Below are positions 29,458 to 40,130 of a DNA stretch of 64,000 nucleotides, one piece after another; the first letter of the stretch is position 1, and every line of letters starts with the position of its first letter. A model generated the notes under the pieces. It was not told where the DNA came from. It worked only from the letters and a program-made list of their open reading frames with translations, and made no database searches. Position numbers and translations under genes: made by a program. The stretch lies in the NCBI GenBank assembly GCA_965204435.1, contig OZ241997.1, positions 1,948,154-2,012,153 on the forward strand. The letters run 5' to 3'. The DNA is from Bryobacterales bacterium (GTDB lineage: Bacteria > Acidobacteriota > Terriglobia > Bryobacterales > UBA6623).

Positions 29458-31092
29458 TCAGCCCTTCGTCTCCAGCGAATACCCGTGGCCGTGGACGGCC
29501 TCCAAGCAGCTGATCAAGACTTCTCGCGTGGCCCCGGGGCGGATGATGGCATCTACGTGCCCGTTGGACGCGCACCATTTGGCGTCAAGCGTCCGGTCAT
29601 AGCGCTCGCGAGTGAGCTCGATTTCGCGCAGCAAGTCTTCCGGCGGGCCGGACTCATCTCCCTCCACAGCTCGCAGCTCGCTCGCGAACATTGCCTGGAC
29701 GGCCGATTCGCCTTCCATGACGCCAACCCGGGCCGTTGGCCAGCCGAAAATGAACTCCGGATCGAACCCCTGGCCGGCCATCGCGTAGTACCCCGCCCCG
29801 CTAGCGTGCCGCACGGTGACCACGATCTTGGGCACCCGCGTCGTCGCCATCGATTCGACCATCTCGGCACCGGCGCGAATGATGCCGCTTCGCTCGGCCT
29901 CGGGCCCGACCATGAAGCCGGTGACGTCTTGGAAGTAGACCAGCGGATGGCCCTGGCGGTCGCACTTCTGCACGAACTCAGCGGCCTTGCGGGCAGTCTC
30001 GGCGTAGATGATGGCTCCGATGCGGGTACTGCCGCCATCGCGGAACAGGCCCCGCCGGTTGGCAATCAAGCCAACGGGCCATCCGCCGACCTGCACATTC
30101 GCGCACAGCAGCTCCGGAGCGCGCTCGGCCATGAATTCCAAGCACCCGTCCCGATCCACGACACGGCGGACGACCGCATGCATGTCGTAGGGCAGGCGGC
30201 GGTCGCTCGGCAGGATCTCGTCAAGCCCTCCGCTGGCCTCGGGTTCCGAGCGGTGCAGCGGTGCGGAGGGAGAGCGCGGAAGCCCGAGCAATAGCGTCCG
30301 GATGCGGGCGATGCACTCCTCGTCGTCAGCCACGCGGTAATGCGCGACACCGCTTTGCCCGGTATGCATGGAGGCTCCGCCGAGGGCCTCCGCCTCGACT
30401 TGTTGGCCAATCGCGCCTTGGACCAGGTTCGGCCCTCCCAGGCCCATGAAGCTCGTGCCCTCCACCATGAGGATCACATCGCTCAACGCGGGCAGGTACG
30501 CGCCGCCGGCGATGCACTGCCCCATCACGGCGGAAATCTGCGGAATCCTCAATTGGCGGCGCATGCGGGCGCAATTGTGGAAGATCCGCGCACCGCCATA
30601 CTTGCCCGGAAACGTTCCGTGCTGCTCGGGCAGGAACACTCCCGCGGAGTCGACCAGGTACACGATCGGGATGTGGCAGCGCATCGCCGCCTCTTGGATG
30701 CGCAGCACCTTCGAGACGGTCTCGGGGAACCAACTGCCCGCCTTCACGGTGGCGTCGTTGGCCATCACAGCGACCTGCCGGCCGCCCACGCGGCCGATCC
30801 CGGTCACGACGCCGGCCGCCGGAGCCTTGCCCCCGTGGGCGTCGTGGGCCATGAGCAGGCCCAGTTCCAACAGTTCCTCGCCTTCGTCGAGCAGGGCCGC
30901 GATGCGCTCCCGCGCCAGCAGCTTCCCCGCCTTGCGCTGCCGCTCGATCCGCTCGGGGCCGCCGCCCAGCCGGACTGCGTCCTCCAGTTCCCGCAATTCG
31001 GCGATCAGCGCATGCATGTAAGCGCGCCTCGCACCCCGCGCTTCGGCATCCGGAGCCGTCAGGCCGGACTGCGGGCCAAGAGGAAACGCCAT
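29458..31092 (-). CDS. Acyl-CoA carboxylase carboxyltransferase (beta) subunit
   Basis: GKLLARERI, NDATVKAG, LVDSAG, AGGAY, GFMVG, GAGYYAM. Confidence 0.93.
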   Translation of the reverse strand: MAFPLGPQSGLTAPDAEARGARRAYMHALIAELRELEDAVRLGGGPERIERQRKAGKLLARERIAALLDEGEELLELGLLMAHDAHGGKAPAAGVVTGIGRVGGRQVAVMANDATVKAGSWFPETVSKVLRIQEAAMRCHIPIVYLVDSAGVFLPEQHGTFPGKYGGARIFHNCARMRRQLRIPQISAVMGQCIAGGAYLPALSDVILMVEGTSFMGLGGPNLVQGAIGQQVEAEALGGASMHTGQSGVAHYRVADDEECIARIRTLLLGLPRSPSAPLHRSEPEASGGLDEILPSDRRLPYDMHAVVRRVVDRDGCLEFMAERAPELLCANVQVGGWPVGLIANRRGLFRDGGSTRIGAIIYAETARKAAEFVQKCDRQGHPLVYFQDVTGFMVGPEAERSGIIRAGAEMVESMATTRVPKIVVTVRHASGAGYYAMAGQGFDPEFIFGWPTARVGVMEGESAVQAMFASELRAVEGDESGPPEDLLREIELTRERYDRTLDAKWCASNGHVDAIIRPGATREVLISCLEAVHGHGYSLETKG

Positions 31093-31127
31093 CGCCCTAC
31101 CCTACCAATCGGCCATCGACGCACCGC

Positions 31128-32609
31128 TCAGTTCGAACCCGGGGCGGCGCCGTCCCGTCGCGGCCGCCATTCATCCCAGACGCCCAGGAAGCGCAAGTGC
31201 CGGATCAGGCCTTGGCCCCGAAGCCAGCTCGAAACTTCGGCCGCCGACCACCTCTCAGCGACGCGCTCGCTCTCTTGCGCGATCCCTACCAGCGTCCGTG
31301 CGGCGACCACCGCCGAACTCCTCACGCTGTCGATATCGACCTTGTCGAACGTGTCGGCCTCGGAGTGGTAGGAGGAGTAGTAATCGGAAGTCTCCTGCAC
31401 CGCGAACAGGGACGGCACGCCCTGCAGCATGAACGTGAAGTTGTCGCTCATGAAGTAAGCCTTGGCGGTGTGGCGGAAGCGCCCGGGTTCTTCCGCGCCG
31501 CCGAGCAGCCGCTCGACCTGGCGCAACAGATCCTGGCGGCCCCCGGTCGAGTAGCCCCTCAACGGTCCGCCTCCCATGTCGTGCACGATAGTCGCCACGT
31601 GGCGGTCGAGCTCCGCGCGATGGGAATCGACATACGCCAGCGATCCGAACAGGCCGAATTCCTCGCCGCCGAAGAGCACGAAACGCAACGTGCGCTGCGG
31701 ACGAGCTCCCGTTGCCGCGATCGCGCGCGCGACATGCAGGACCAAGGCGACGTTCACGGCATTGTCCAAGCACCCAGTGCCCATGTCCCACGAATCGAGG
31801 TGCGCTCCCAGCAGCACGAACTCGTCCGGCAGGCCATCGCCGGGAATCTCGGCCACGACGTTGGCCGTCTCGAACGATGGTCCGATCTGATTGGGCATTT
31901 CCAGCCGGACCCGCACCCGCTCGCCCTGTTCAAGCAGCCGCGCGATTCGCAGGCCGTCCTCGCGAGCTACCAGCGCCGATGGAATCGGATCCAATTCTGC
32001 CGAGAGGTTGTTGACGTGCCGGTAGAGGAGTTGCCGCGGGCGGGTCGAAACGATCAGCACGGCGAGCGCGCCAACCTCGGCGGCCTCGCGGACGGCCACC
32101 ATCGAATCGCGCTGGGACAGCCCCAGGCTGTCCAGCGAGGTGGCCTCTTGCAGTTCCACAAGGACGATCTTGCCGCGCAAGCTCTCGCCTGCCTGGAGAA
32201 CTGTCCCGCGCTGGCCGCCCCCTGCTAGCGCCAATTCCCCCTCTATCGATTCGCGGACACTGGGGGAGAACGCCGAAGCGGCGGCACGCAGCCGGATGGG
32301 GCGCGGCTGTGTCACCTCGACTCTGGTCTCCCCCTCGCGCCACGCCAGCGGGATCGGAACCGGCTCCAGCCTCGCGTTCTGCAGGCCAGCTTCTCGAAAC
32401 GACCGCAGGCCCCACTGCAGGGCGTCCCGCATGGCCGCGGTGCCCGCCATGCGCGGGCCGATCGAGTCGCACAGGGTCCGCAAGTCGGCCTCGAGGCCAC
32501 GCGACGTGCGCACGGATGTCTCGACCTGTCCGACGACCGCCGGGACGGCCAGCTCGGCTGCCAAGCTCGCCAGCAACAAGGCGCGGATGGGAGGACGGAA
32601 GGGCAACAA
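31128..32609 (-). CDS. M28 family peptidase (carboxypeptidase Q-like) with PA domain
   Basis: DSIGPRMAG, GAHLDSWD, DNA, GEEFG, SD, YHSEAD. Confidence 0.92.
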   Translation of the reverse strand: MLPFRPPIRALLLASLAAELAVPAVVGQVETSVRTSRGLEADLRTLCDSIGPRMAGTAAMRDALQWGLRSFREAGLQNARLEPVPIPLAWREGETRVEVTQPRPIRLRAAASAFSPSVRESIEGELALAGGGQRGTVLQAGESLRGKIVLVELQEATSLDSLGLSQRDSMVAVREAAEVGALAVLIVSTRPRQLLYRHVNNLSAELDPIPSALVAREDGLRIARLLEQGERVRVRLEMPNQIGPSFETANVVAEIPGDGLPDEFVLLGAHLDSWDMGTGCLDNAVNVALVLHVARAIAATGARPQRTLRFVLFGGEEFGLFGSLAYVDSHRAELDRHVATIVHDMGGGPLRGYSTGGRQDLLRQVERLLGGAEEPGRFRHTAKAYFMSDNFTFMLQGVPSLFAVQETSDYYSSYHSEADTFDKVDIDSVRSSAVVAARTLVGIAQESERVAERWSAAEVSSWLRGQGLIRHLRFLGVWDEWRPRRDGAAPGSN

Positions 32610-32670
32610 GCAAGTGAAGGTACCACAGGCCGGGCCTTAAAGTCGCTGTAGTACGCTGTACGCCATGAGC
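32225..32670. repeat. 446-bp direct repeat, left copy (5' part of M28 gene + divergent promoter + ATGAGC)
   Basis: Matches 45871-46316 from CTAGCGCCAATTCCCC to CGCCATGAGC; about 14 substitutions by eye (~97%). Confidence 0.95.
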
Positions 32671-32875
32671 AACCCAAGAATTGTTCCGGGCGCCCGGCAA
32701 CGCACGTCCTCAATATCAATCTTGCCGAGGGGAAGGGCGGCCGTAAGATGTTCGTCTACGGGCTTCCTCGCAAGAAGCGGAAGGGGACTGGATCAAGGAC
32801 AAACGAGCCATTCAAAATTAGAAACCAGCATCAGGGCCGCAAGGAAGGCAACCTGTCTGCTTCACGGCTAGGCAC

Positions 32876-35017
32876 ATGAGCCAAACGACAGAAGCCTTCT
32901 CCCGCGTCAAGATTGACGAGCTCCTTAAGGACGCCGGCTGGAACCTCACCGACGGAGTGAGCGTCCTGTTTGAGCACACGTTGCCGGACAGCTCGCGCGC
33001 CGACTACGCGCTCTGCGACCGGTCCGGGCGCCCACTTGCGGCGGTCGAGGCCAAGCGCGCCAGCATCAACCCCATTGAGGCGCAGGATCAGGGGCGTCAC
33101 TACGCCGAGCAACTCGGCGTGCCATTCGTGTTCTTGTCGAACGGCGAGGAGGTCTGGTTCTTCGACCGCAAGACGGACGCCCACGCGCGGAAGATCGCCT
33201 CCTTCTATTCCCCAGACGATCTGGAGCGGCGGATCGCCACCCGCAGGAATCGCCTGGACCTGTCCAGCGTCGAGATCGACCGGCGGATCGTGGATCGCGG
33301 GTACCAGATCGCCTGCATCGATGCCCTGTCCGCTGAGGTTTCGCACGGCCAGCGTAAGTTGCTTGTCGAGATGGCAACCGGGACCGGCAAGACTCGCACG
33401 GCGGCGGCGTTCGTCAAGCGGCTGTTCGAGGCGGGAATCGTGACCCGCGTCCTGTTCTTGGTAGACCGCATCGCGCTCGCTGGGCAGGCCGAGGACGCCT
33501 TCAACGACCATCTGCGCGACTTCCCCTGCCACGTCCTCCGGCCGGGCAAGGGCTTCGACCGGACGAAACGGATCACGATCGCAACCTTGCAGACGATGAT
33601 CTCCGACTACCACGACCTATCGTCGGGCTACTTCGATCTCGTGATCACCGACGAATGCCACCGCTCGATTTACGGCAAGTGGAGCGGCGTGCTTCGGCAC
33701 TTCGATGGCATTCAGCTCGGCCTAACCGCCACGCCCTGCACGACCGAGGCCGGTACGCTGCCGGATCCCGAGGACGGCCACTTCGTGCGCGACACCCTTC
33801 GGTTTTTCGAACTTGCGGAGCCAACCTTCCGCTACACCCTTCGTAAAGCTATCGACGAAGGGCACTTGGTCCCGTACCGCATCTACAAGGCGATGACAGT
33901 CAAGACGGCCGCTGAGGACGGGTTCGAGGTGGCGCGCAAGGAACTGGACTGGACAGCGATGGATCCGGGGGCGCGGGTCGAGCTTGAGAAGCTATTCGAA
34001 CAGTCTGACCCCATCAACGTGGATCCGCGAGCTCTGGAGCGAAGGTTCACGATCCCGGAGCGCAACCGCGCCATCGTGCGAGAATTCCGGGACGCCCACG
34101 AGAAGGGATTCATGGGCAAGGACGGTATCCGTCGCTGGCCGACATGGGGCAAGACCATTGTGTTCGCGGTGACGAAACGCCACGCCGAGACGCTGGCGAC
34201 GATGCTCGACAAGCACTTCGCCGACCTGAAACCACATCCGTCAACGCGTTACGCCGACTTCGTGGTCAGCGATGTCGGCGGCGGACTGGCCCCGGATGCC
34301 AGCGCCATCATCAAGCGGTTCAAGGAGGAAGAGTTCCCTAGGATTCTGGTCAGTGTCAACATGCTAGATACCGGCTTCGACTGCCCGGAGGTCGTCAGTC
34401 TAGTCATGGCGCGGTTTACGACGAGCGCCATCCTCTACCGCCAGATGCGCGGTCGCGGCACGCGCAAGGCCCCACACATCGGCAAGACCGACTTCACGAT
34501 CTTCGACTTCGTCGGCGTAACGGAGTTTCACGGCGACGACGATGACGACATCGGCGGTGGGGGCGAAACGCAGGGGCCGAAGCCGCCCGGCCCCGACCAA
34601 CCGCGCATGCTGCTGACGCTCGACGTGGACGATCAGATCGACCCAACCAGCCGCGACTGGCTGACTCTCGACGAGCACGGCCGGATCGTGCGGACCCCGG
34701 AACACGAGACCCGCGCGGCCGAGGTCGGCGTCCGTTTCGAGTCGTGGCGCGGCGACCAACCGTTCAGCGCCGAGCAGGCTCGTTGGGCGAACTTGATCGG
34801 CAGCAGGATTCGGGCCGATGCAATGCACATGGATGCCTTCGGCGACTACGACTTCGACGAGCATCCTTTCAAGGGGCTTGGCGGCTACGACCAGGCGCGG
34901 CGGGTGTTCGGCGGCCAGTCGGCCCTCGATAGCCTCATAGCTGGGTTCAACGCGGTTGTGTTCGGACAAGCCCGCAAGACCGATGCTCCGAACGGAGAGG
35001 ACCGGGTCGCGCCGTGA
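32876..35017 (+). CDS. hsdR: Type I restriction enzyme R subunit
   Basis: RADY...VEAKR nuclease motif, MATGTGKT, DECHRS, GLTATP, TGFDCP, QMRGRGTR. Confidence 0.93.
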   Translation: MSQTTEAFSRVKIDELLKDAGWNLTDGVSVLFEHTLPDSSRADYALCDRSGRPLAAVEAKRASINPIEAQDQGRHYAEQLGVPFVFLSNGEEVWFFDRKTDAHARKIASFYSPDDLERRIATRRNRLDLSSVEIDRRIVDRGYQIACIDALSAEVSHGQRKLLVEMATGTGKTRTAAAFVKRLFEAGIVTRVLFLVDRIALAGQAEDAFNDHLRDFPCHVLRPGKGFDRTKRITIATLQTMISDYHDLSSGYFDLVITDECHRSIYGKWSGVLRHFDGIQLGLTATPCTTEAGTLPDPEDGHFVRDTLRFFELAEPTFRYTLRKAIDEGHLVPYRIYKAMTVKTAAEDGFEVARKELDWTAMDPGARVELEKLFEQSDPINVDPRALERRFTIPERNRAIVREFRDAHEKGFMGKDGIRRWPTWGKTIVFAVTKRHAETLATMLDKHFADLKPHPSTRYADFVVSDVGGGLAPDASAIIKRFKEEEFPRILVSVNMLDTGFDCPEVVSLVMARFTTSAILYRQMRGRGTRKAPHIGKTDFTIFDFVGVTEFHGDDDDDIGGGGETQGPKPPGPDQPRMLLTLDVDDQIDPTSRDWLTLDEHGRIVRTPEHETRAAEVGVRFESWRGDQPFSAEQARWANLIGSRIRADAMHMDAFGDYDFDEHPFKGLGGYDQARRVFGGQSALDSLIAGFNAVVFGQARKTDAPNGEDRVAP

Positions 35018-35027
35018 GGTTTCCGCC

Positions 35028-36653
35028 ATGCCGCTGACGCCCGAGCTTCGCCGCGCCATCGATCGGATCCGCGACTACCTGTTTGCCGGAGGCTACCCGG
35101 ATCCGGCCCAGAACGCCGAGCAGCTGAGCTTCCTGATCTACTTCTACATGTTCGAGGCGGCGGACGCGGCGCGCGTCCGCGCTGCACGCCGTCCTGGTGC
35201 GAAATCGTACGCCAGCGCGTTCGTCGGAAACTGGCCTTTACGGAATCCGCGCAACGCTCGCGAACCGGCCTCCGAGACGGTCCCGCGAGAAACGCTGCGT
35301 TGGTCCGACTGGGCGAATGCGCTCAACGGCCAGCGGCTCGTGTCGTGGGTACGGGAGGAAGTCTTTCCCTTCCACGCCGGGATCGCCGCCAAGGGCGTAA
35401 CGGACTTCATGGCAGATGCGCGGCTAGTGATCGACGAGCCGACTGTACTCTCGCAGGTCGTCAGCCACGTGAACGACCTTCACCTGGAGCAGGTAGACGC
35501 CGACACCAAGGGGGATCTGTTCGAACACGTGTTGCGGCAGATCCGGCAAGCCGGTGAGTTAGGGCAGTTCCGGACTCCGCGCCACGTTATTCGGGCCATG
35601 GTTCAGCTTGTCGATCCCCATTTAGGCGAAACGGTCCACGACCCGGCCGCCGGGACCGCGGGGTTCTTGGTTGGGGCGTACGACCACATACGGCTCGCGA
35701 ACTCCTCGGCCGCAGGCATTGAGGAGATCGAAGCGGACGGCAAGACCGTTCGACGTGGTCTCGGCGACACGTTGAGCCGAGACGCCGTGCGGCAGTTGCA
35801 CGAGGCGACGCTGTTCGGCAACGACGTAGACCCTCGGATGGTGCGCCTTGCAACGATGAACCTATCCTTGCGAGGGCTGGACAGAGTGCGCATTCTTCGC
35901 CGGGACGCGCTAACTCGCTCGCTGGACCGCTCGACGAAGGCCGAACTCGGTCTGCCGATGCTGGGGTTCGATGTCGTACTCGCCAATCCGCCCTTTTCCG
36001 GGCGGTTGGACCCAGACAGGGTCGTAGAGGACGTGAAGATCGGCACGACGAGGCAGACTGAACTGCTGTTCCTTCAGTACATGCTGAACCACCTGAACGA
36101 GGGCGGGCGTTGCGGCGTCGTGGTGCCCGAGGGTGTGCTGTTCGGCTCGACCGGTGCGCACCGAGAGCTGCGCCGGAAGCTCATCGAGAATAATCGCGTA
36201 GACGCCGTGCTGTCGCTCCCGGGTGGCGTGTTCAAACCGTACTCTGGCGTCAAGACCTCTGTGCTGGTATTTCGCAAGAGCGGAGCCACCGAGCGGGTGA
36301 TGTTCCTGCATGCCGATAACGACGGGTTCAAGCTCGACGCCAACCACGACACCCCGATTGACGCTGACGACCTGCCGGGCTTGGTCTCAGCCTTCCGAGA
36401 CCGCGACTCACTGTGGACGGCTTGGAGCAACCGCGACCCAGAGACGGACTGGACTGAAAACTGGTGGTTCGCCGAGGCGGACGCGATCCGCGTGGCCGAC
36501 TTCAACTTGAGCGCGGAGCGATACCGCCCGGCCAACCGAATGACTGTGGACCATCGCGACCCGGTGGAGATCCTCAACGAACTCAGGGCCATCGAGCACG
36601 AGATCCTCAGTGAGATTGACGACCTTGCTGCGGCAGTGCGGGAAGCGACATGA
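35028..36653 (+). CDS. hsdM: Type I RM methyltransferase M subunit
   Basis: GQFRTPRH, DPAAGTAGF, NPPF, VPEGVLF. Confidence 0.95.
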   Translation: MPLTPELRRAIDRIRDYLFAGGYPDPAQNAEQLSFLIYFYMFEAADAARVRAARRPGAKSYASAFVGNWPLRNPRNAREPASETVPRETLRWSDWANALNGQRLVSWVREEVFPFHAGIAAKGVTDFMADARLVIDEPTVLSQVVSHVNDLHLEQVDADTKGDLFEHVLRQIRQAGELGQFRTPRHVIRAMVQLVDPHLGETVHDPAAGTAGFLVGAYDHIRLANSSAAGIEEIEADGKTVRRGLGDTLSRDAVRQLHEATLFGNDVDPRMVRLATMNLSLRGLDRVRILRRDALTRSLDRSTKAELGLPMLGFDVVLANPPFSGRLDPDRVVEDVKIGTTRQTELLFLQYMLNHLNEGGRCGVVVPEGVLFGSTGAHRELRRKLIENNRVDAVLSLPGGVFKPYSGVKTSVLVFRKSGATERVMFLHADNDGFKLDANHDTPIDADDLPGLVSAFRDRDSLWTAWSNRDPETDWTENWWFAEADAIRVADFNLSAERYRPANRMTVDHRDPVEILNELRAIEHEILSEIDDLAAAVREAT

Positions 36654-37804
36654 GGATGGTCGCCCTGGCCGAGATCGCGGCCATCACGGCGGGCCAGTCG
36701 CCCCCAGGAAGCACGTACAACGAAGACGGCCTCGGTCTGCCCTTCTTTCAGGGCAAGGCGGATTTCGGCGAAATCCATCCAACCGTTCGGAAATGGTGCA
36801 CCGCACCCAAGAAGATCGCCGAAGCGGGAGAAATCCTCATCTCGGTTCGCGCCCCGGTCGGACCGACCAACATCGCCGAGGAACGGTGTTGTATTGGGCG
36901 AGGGCTGGCTGCGATTCGACCTGACGACAAGGTTGCGTTACCCGAATTCGTCCATTGGGCGCTGAAGCGCGGAGAGACCCAGCTGGCCGCGAAGGCGACC
37001 GGTACCACTTTCGGCGCAATCGGACAGAAAGAACTCAAGTCGATTATCGTCCCTCTTCCGCCGCTGGATGAGCAGCGGCGGATCGTGGACATCCTGAACC
37101 GGACCGCGCGGATCGAGACACTGCGAAAACTAGCAGGCGAGCGGCTACGAGAGTTCGTGCCAGCGCTGTTCGTCAGGATGTTTGGGGATCCAGTCACAAA
37201 TCCGATGAAATGGCAGTCCGAAAAGCTGAGTTCCCTCGGCACCCTGGACCGTGGTCGTTCACGTCATCGTCCGCGTAATGCGGCGCACTTATATGGTGGC
37301 CCGTACCCATTCGTGCAAACCGGAGATATCGCCAATTGCGGTGGATTGGTGACGCGGTACTCACAAACCTATTCTGATGCTGGACTCGACCAGAGCAGAA
37401 TGTGGCCTTCCGGCACACTCTGCATCACCATTGCAGCAAACATTGCTATGACTGGGATTCTCACCTTTGATTCCTGTTTCCCGGACAGTGTCGTGGGATT
37501 CCGGCCTGGCAAGGCCGTTACAGTAGAGTACGTTCAAACGATTATTGACCTTATGCAGAAACGGCTCGAAGAAGGCGCGCCTAGAGCTGCCCAGCGAAAT
37601 ATTAACCTCGGCGTTCTAAGAAACCTTACCGTTCCCACTCCTCCTGTCAATCTGCAACGTCGATTCTCCGACATCGTCGATGTGGCGCGTGCGTACGCCC
37701 ATGTGGGGGAAGCCAGCACGAGCACTGCACGGCGTCTCACGAAGTCTCTCTCGACCGAGTTCCTGCAGGACAGCGTTTCGGAGCGCGGAACGAACCATGG
37801 CTGA
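36650..37804 (+). CDS. hsdS: Type I RM specificity subunit
   Basis: ATGA overlap with hsdM; two TRDs with conserved PLPPLDEQRRI, MFGDP and PPVNLQRRF. Confidence 0.94.
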   Translation: MRMVALAEIAAITAGQSPPGSTYNEDGLGLPFFQGKADFGEIHPTVRKWCTAPKKIAEAGEILISVRAPVGPTNIAEERCCIGRGLAAIRPDDKVALPEFVHWALKRGETQLAAKATGTTFGAIGQKELKSIIVPLPPLDEQRRIVDILNRTARIETLRKLAGERLREFVPALFVRMFGDPVTNPMKWQSEKLSSLGTLDRGRSRHRPRNAAHLYGGPYPFVQTGDIANCGGLVTRYSQTYSDAGLDQSRMWPSGTLCITIAANIAMTGILTFDSCFPDSVVGFRPGKAVTVEYVQTIIDLMQKRLEEGAPRAAQRNINLGVLRNLTVPTPPVNLQRRFSDIVDVARAYAHVGEASTSTARRLTKSLSTEFLQDSVSERGTNHG

Positions 37805-37818
37805 GATTCGCGGGAGCC

Positions 37819-38154
37819 TTGAGGGTTATTCCGGGTGTGTCGGCGTCGACTTCTGGCGTGCATGGTTGTCCGGTTCACGGTAAGAGGTGCCGAATGGGAA
37901 TGCAGTCAGCAACCATGCATGAAGGCACCATGAGTGCTTTCCGAGGCAGTCTCGCGGACTGTGTTTCCAGTGTCCTTGCGCTACCGACGATGCGGCAGAC
38001 CATCCTGCGGATTGCGGAAACGACCGCTCGAAAACACAACATCAGCATCAACCTCGTCCGACGCATGCGGATTCCGGTACGAGAACAGAACCTTCAAGTG
38101 AGATTCTCAGAGAGCGTTGCGCGTGCTCAGAGCATGACGCACACAGCCAATTAA
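37819..38154 (+). pseudogene. Degenerate second hsdS TRD/conserved-region fragment
   Basis: ETTARKHNISINLVRRMRIPVREQNLQVRFSESV parallels the hsdS C-terminus AAQRNINLGVLRNLTVPTPPVNLQRRFSDIV. Confidence 0.55.
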
Positions 38155-38191
38155 CGGCCGTTGCTTGCTCTTCCGTAAGTCGTCGACCTCA

Positions 38192-39337
38192 TCAGCCCCT
38201 CGGGCGCACCTCCACCGACTTTCGCTTCGCCCCTCGCAGCGCGGCGAGAAAACCGTCCGGCATGCGAAGATTCGCACTCTCCGCCCGCCTGATGAATCCA
38301 GTTATCGCCCGCTCCGATAGGCGCGGCCAAGAGACGTCTCGAAACTTTGAGATCGAACTGATCTCCCTGTTGACTGGCTTCTCACTACAGATCGCCCCCA
38401 CGCGCCCGTCACCGACGTTCCATCCCGCACTCGGCCAACGACCAGCCGGTTCAATCTCGCTCTCTTCAAAATCCAATACGGTCCCCGGCGCTTTGATCCG
38501 CGCTGCCACCCATTCCGCCACTGGGACGGACACCGCGTTTCCAATCATCCGCCACCTAGAATTCCTGCCCGCCTTGCCGTCCGCGGCCTCTGTCCAACCG
38601 GCTATGAACCCCTGCAGCTCTTCGCCGGCAGCGAGACTCGGCGTCAGCACTTCCCCGTCTGGAAACAACACAGCGGGAGGCGAGGCGATTCCCACCGCTG
38701 AACCAACCTTCAACGGTGGAATACCATCTACGGTGAATCCGATTCCGGACCGACCTTCAGTCCAGTAGAATCCCAGCGGTCGTTCCAAGGTCGGTGTCGG
38801 TTCGCATGCCGCCAGTTCATTGTCCGCGAACAGCACTCGTCTTGGATCAACGTCGCGACTCCCGATCATGAATACCCGCCGCCGACGTTGTGGGATTCCG
38901 AAGCCCATGGTGTCCACTACACGATAGGCCCAGCGATATTCCATTTCCTCGAATTGACTGGCCAGCCAGTGCATCGCCTGCCCGGAATCGAGTTGAAGCA
39001 TGAAATAAACGTTCTCAATCACCACCATTTCCGGCCTGCACTTGGCGATCAAGCTAAACAATTTTCGGACGACGCCGGACTTTGGTCCCGAAATACCCGC
39101 TTTGTTACCCGCCATACTCAGGTCTTGACAAGGGAAACCCGCGGTAACGATCGTGGTATCCGAATCTAGCTGACTCAAGTCTTGAACATCAGGACAGACG
39201 TCCACGTTGGGAAAACGTGCTGCCAGCACCGCTCTCGCGCCCTCGTCAACTTCCACGAGCACATTGGTCTCGAACCCAGCATTCTCGAATGCGACTTCGA
39301 AGCCGCCAATTCCTGAAAACAGGCCGGCTACCGACAT
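38192..39337 (-). CDS. dcm: DNA (cytosine-5)-methyltransferase
   Basis: FSGIGG (motif I), GFPCQ (IV), ENV (VI), PQRRRR (VIII), GNAV (X). Confidence 0.95.
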   Translation of the reverse strand: MSVAGLFSGIGGFEVAFENAGFETNVLVEVDEGARAVLAARFPNVDVCPDVQDLSQLDSDTTIVTAGFPCQDLSMAGNKAGISGPKSGVVRKLFSLIAKCRPEMVVIENVYFMLQLDSGQAMHWLASQFEEMEYRWAYRVVDTMGFGIPQRRRRVFMIGSRDVDPRRVLFADNELAACEPTPTLERPLGFYWTEGRSGIGFTVDGIPPLKVGSAVGIASPPAVLFPDGEVLTPSLAAGEELQGFIAGWTEAADGKAGRNSRWRMIGNAVSVPVAEWVAARIKAPGTVLDFEESEIEPAGRWPSAGWNVGDGRVGAICSEKPVNREISSISKFRDVSWPRLSERAITGFIRRAESANLRMPDGFLAALRGAKRKSVEVRPRG

Positions 39338-40130
39338 ATCTACGAAAGCACCGAACTCGTTGCTCTAGACACTGTGCAGATCACCCGAACGCCCGCTCCG
39401 ACTGAATACGCTATGCCTGTCGTCCCGCCATACCGTGGCCGCCTCAGCAGCGCGCCACGCTGGGGTACCCTTCAGCCCCGGGACATTACGCGTTCAGGCA
39501 CCTTCGACCGTAGTGTAGACTACAAGGCACCGGCTGCAAGCCACGTATCGGTTGCAGCGTCTATTTCGTAGCTGGGCGGGAAACTCAAGAAGTCGGCAAC
39601 GAGGGTTTGTCGGCCGGTCTGTTGTGTACGTGAGGTCCTTCGTGAACGATAACTCAATGGGCTTCGGCTGGAGCCCAGCCGGATGTCTAGTCGACGAACT
39701 CCATTCTTCGCGTCCACCCGCCACCGTGACCCTTCTGCTCCTCGTTGCCAAGGGCACGTTCGGTTCGTTCAAGCGTCAAGCTAAATGGCATGCGTCCGAC
39801 CGCCGGCCGGGCCTGCTCGCGAGCGCTTCAGCCTGTCCCACCCGTCTCAGGCCATACGTCCCTCTACCGTCCCTGTCTTCGCCACGTCCGGCCGCATTCT
39901 GCGGACGCTCGCGGTTGAGCCAACCACCTCGCCTCACCTCATACGAGACCTCGTCGGTCCGCCGGTCAGTACCGGTGTACCATTGCCACCGCCAGTGCGC
40001 GCATATCGCAGCAGGCCGCCTAGGCTCCCGTCTAGACAACGCGTTTCTTCGCCGGCCTCACCTACCATGACTACGGTCAAGCGACACGTGACCTCGCACA
40101 CCCGCAACCCAATCGCCAAGCGTTACCCCT

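Noticed and set aside
32700..32770. NINLAEGKGGRKMFVYGLP resembling the GKG patch of tyrosine recombinases at the island edge
   Set aside because: Too short; no R...HxxR...Y motifs nearby, so it cannot support an integrase remnant.
37850..37890. HGCPVHG as a Vsr endonuclease motif next to dcm
   Set aside because: Lacks the other Vsr motifs; the downstream sequence fits an HsdS fragment better.
39776..40039. ORF with WQW...VRRGGW...YGLRRV resembling an FGE-sulfatase/CLec C-terminus
   Set aside because: Only a loose visual match in a low-quality ORF, with no upstream domain and no partner repeat.
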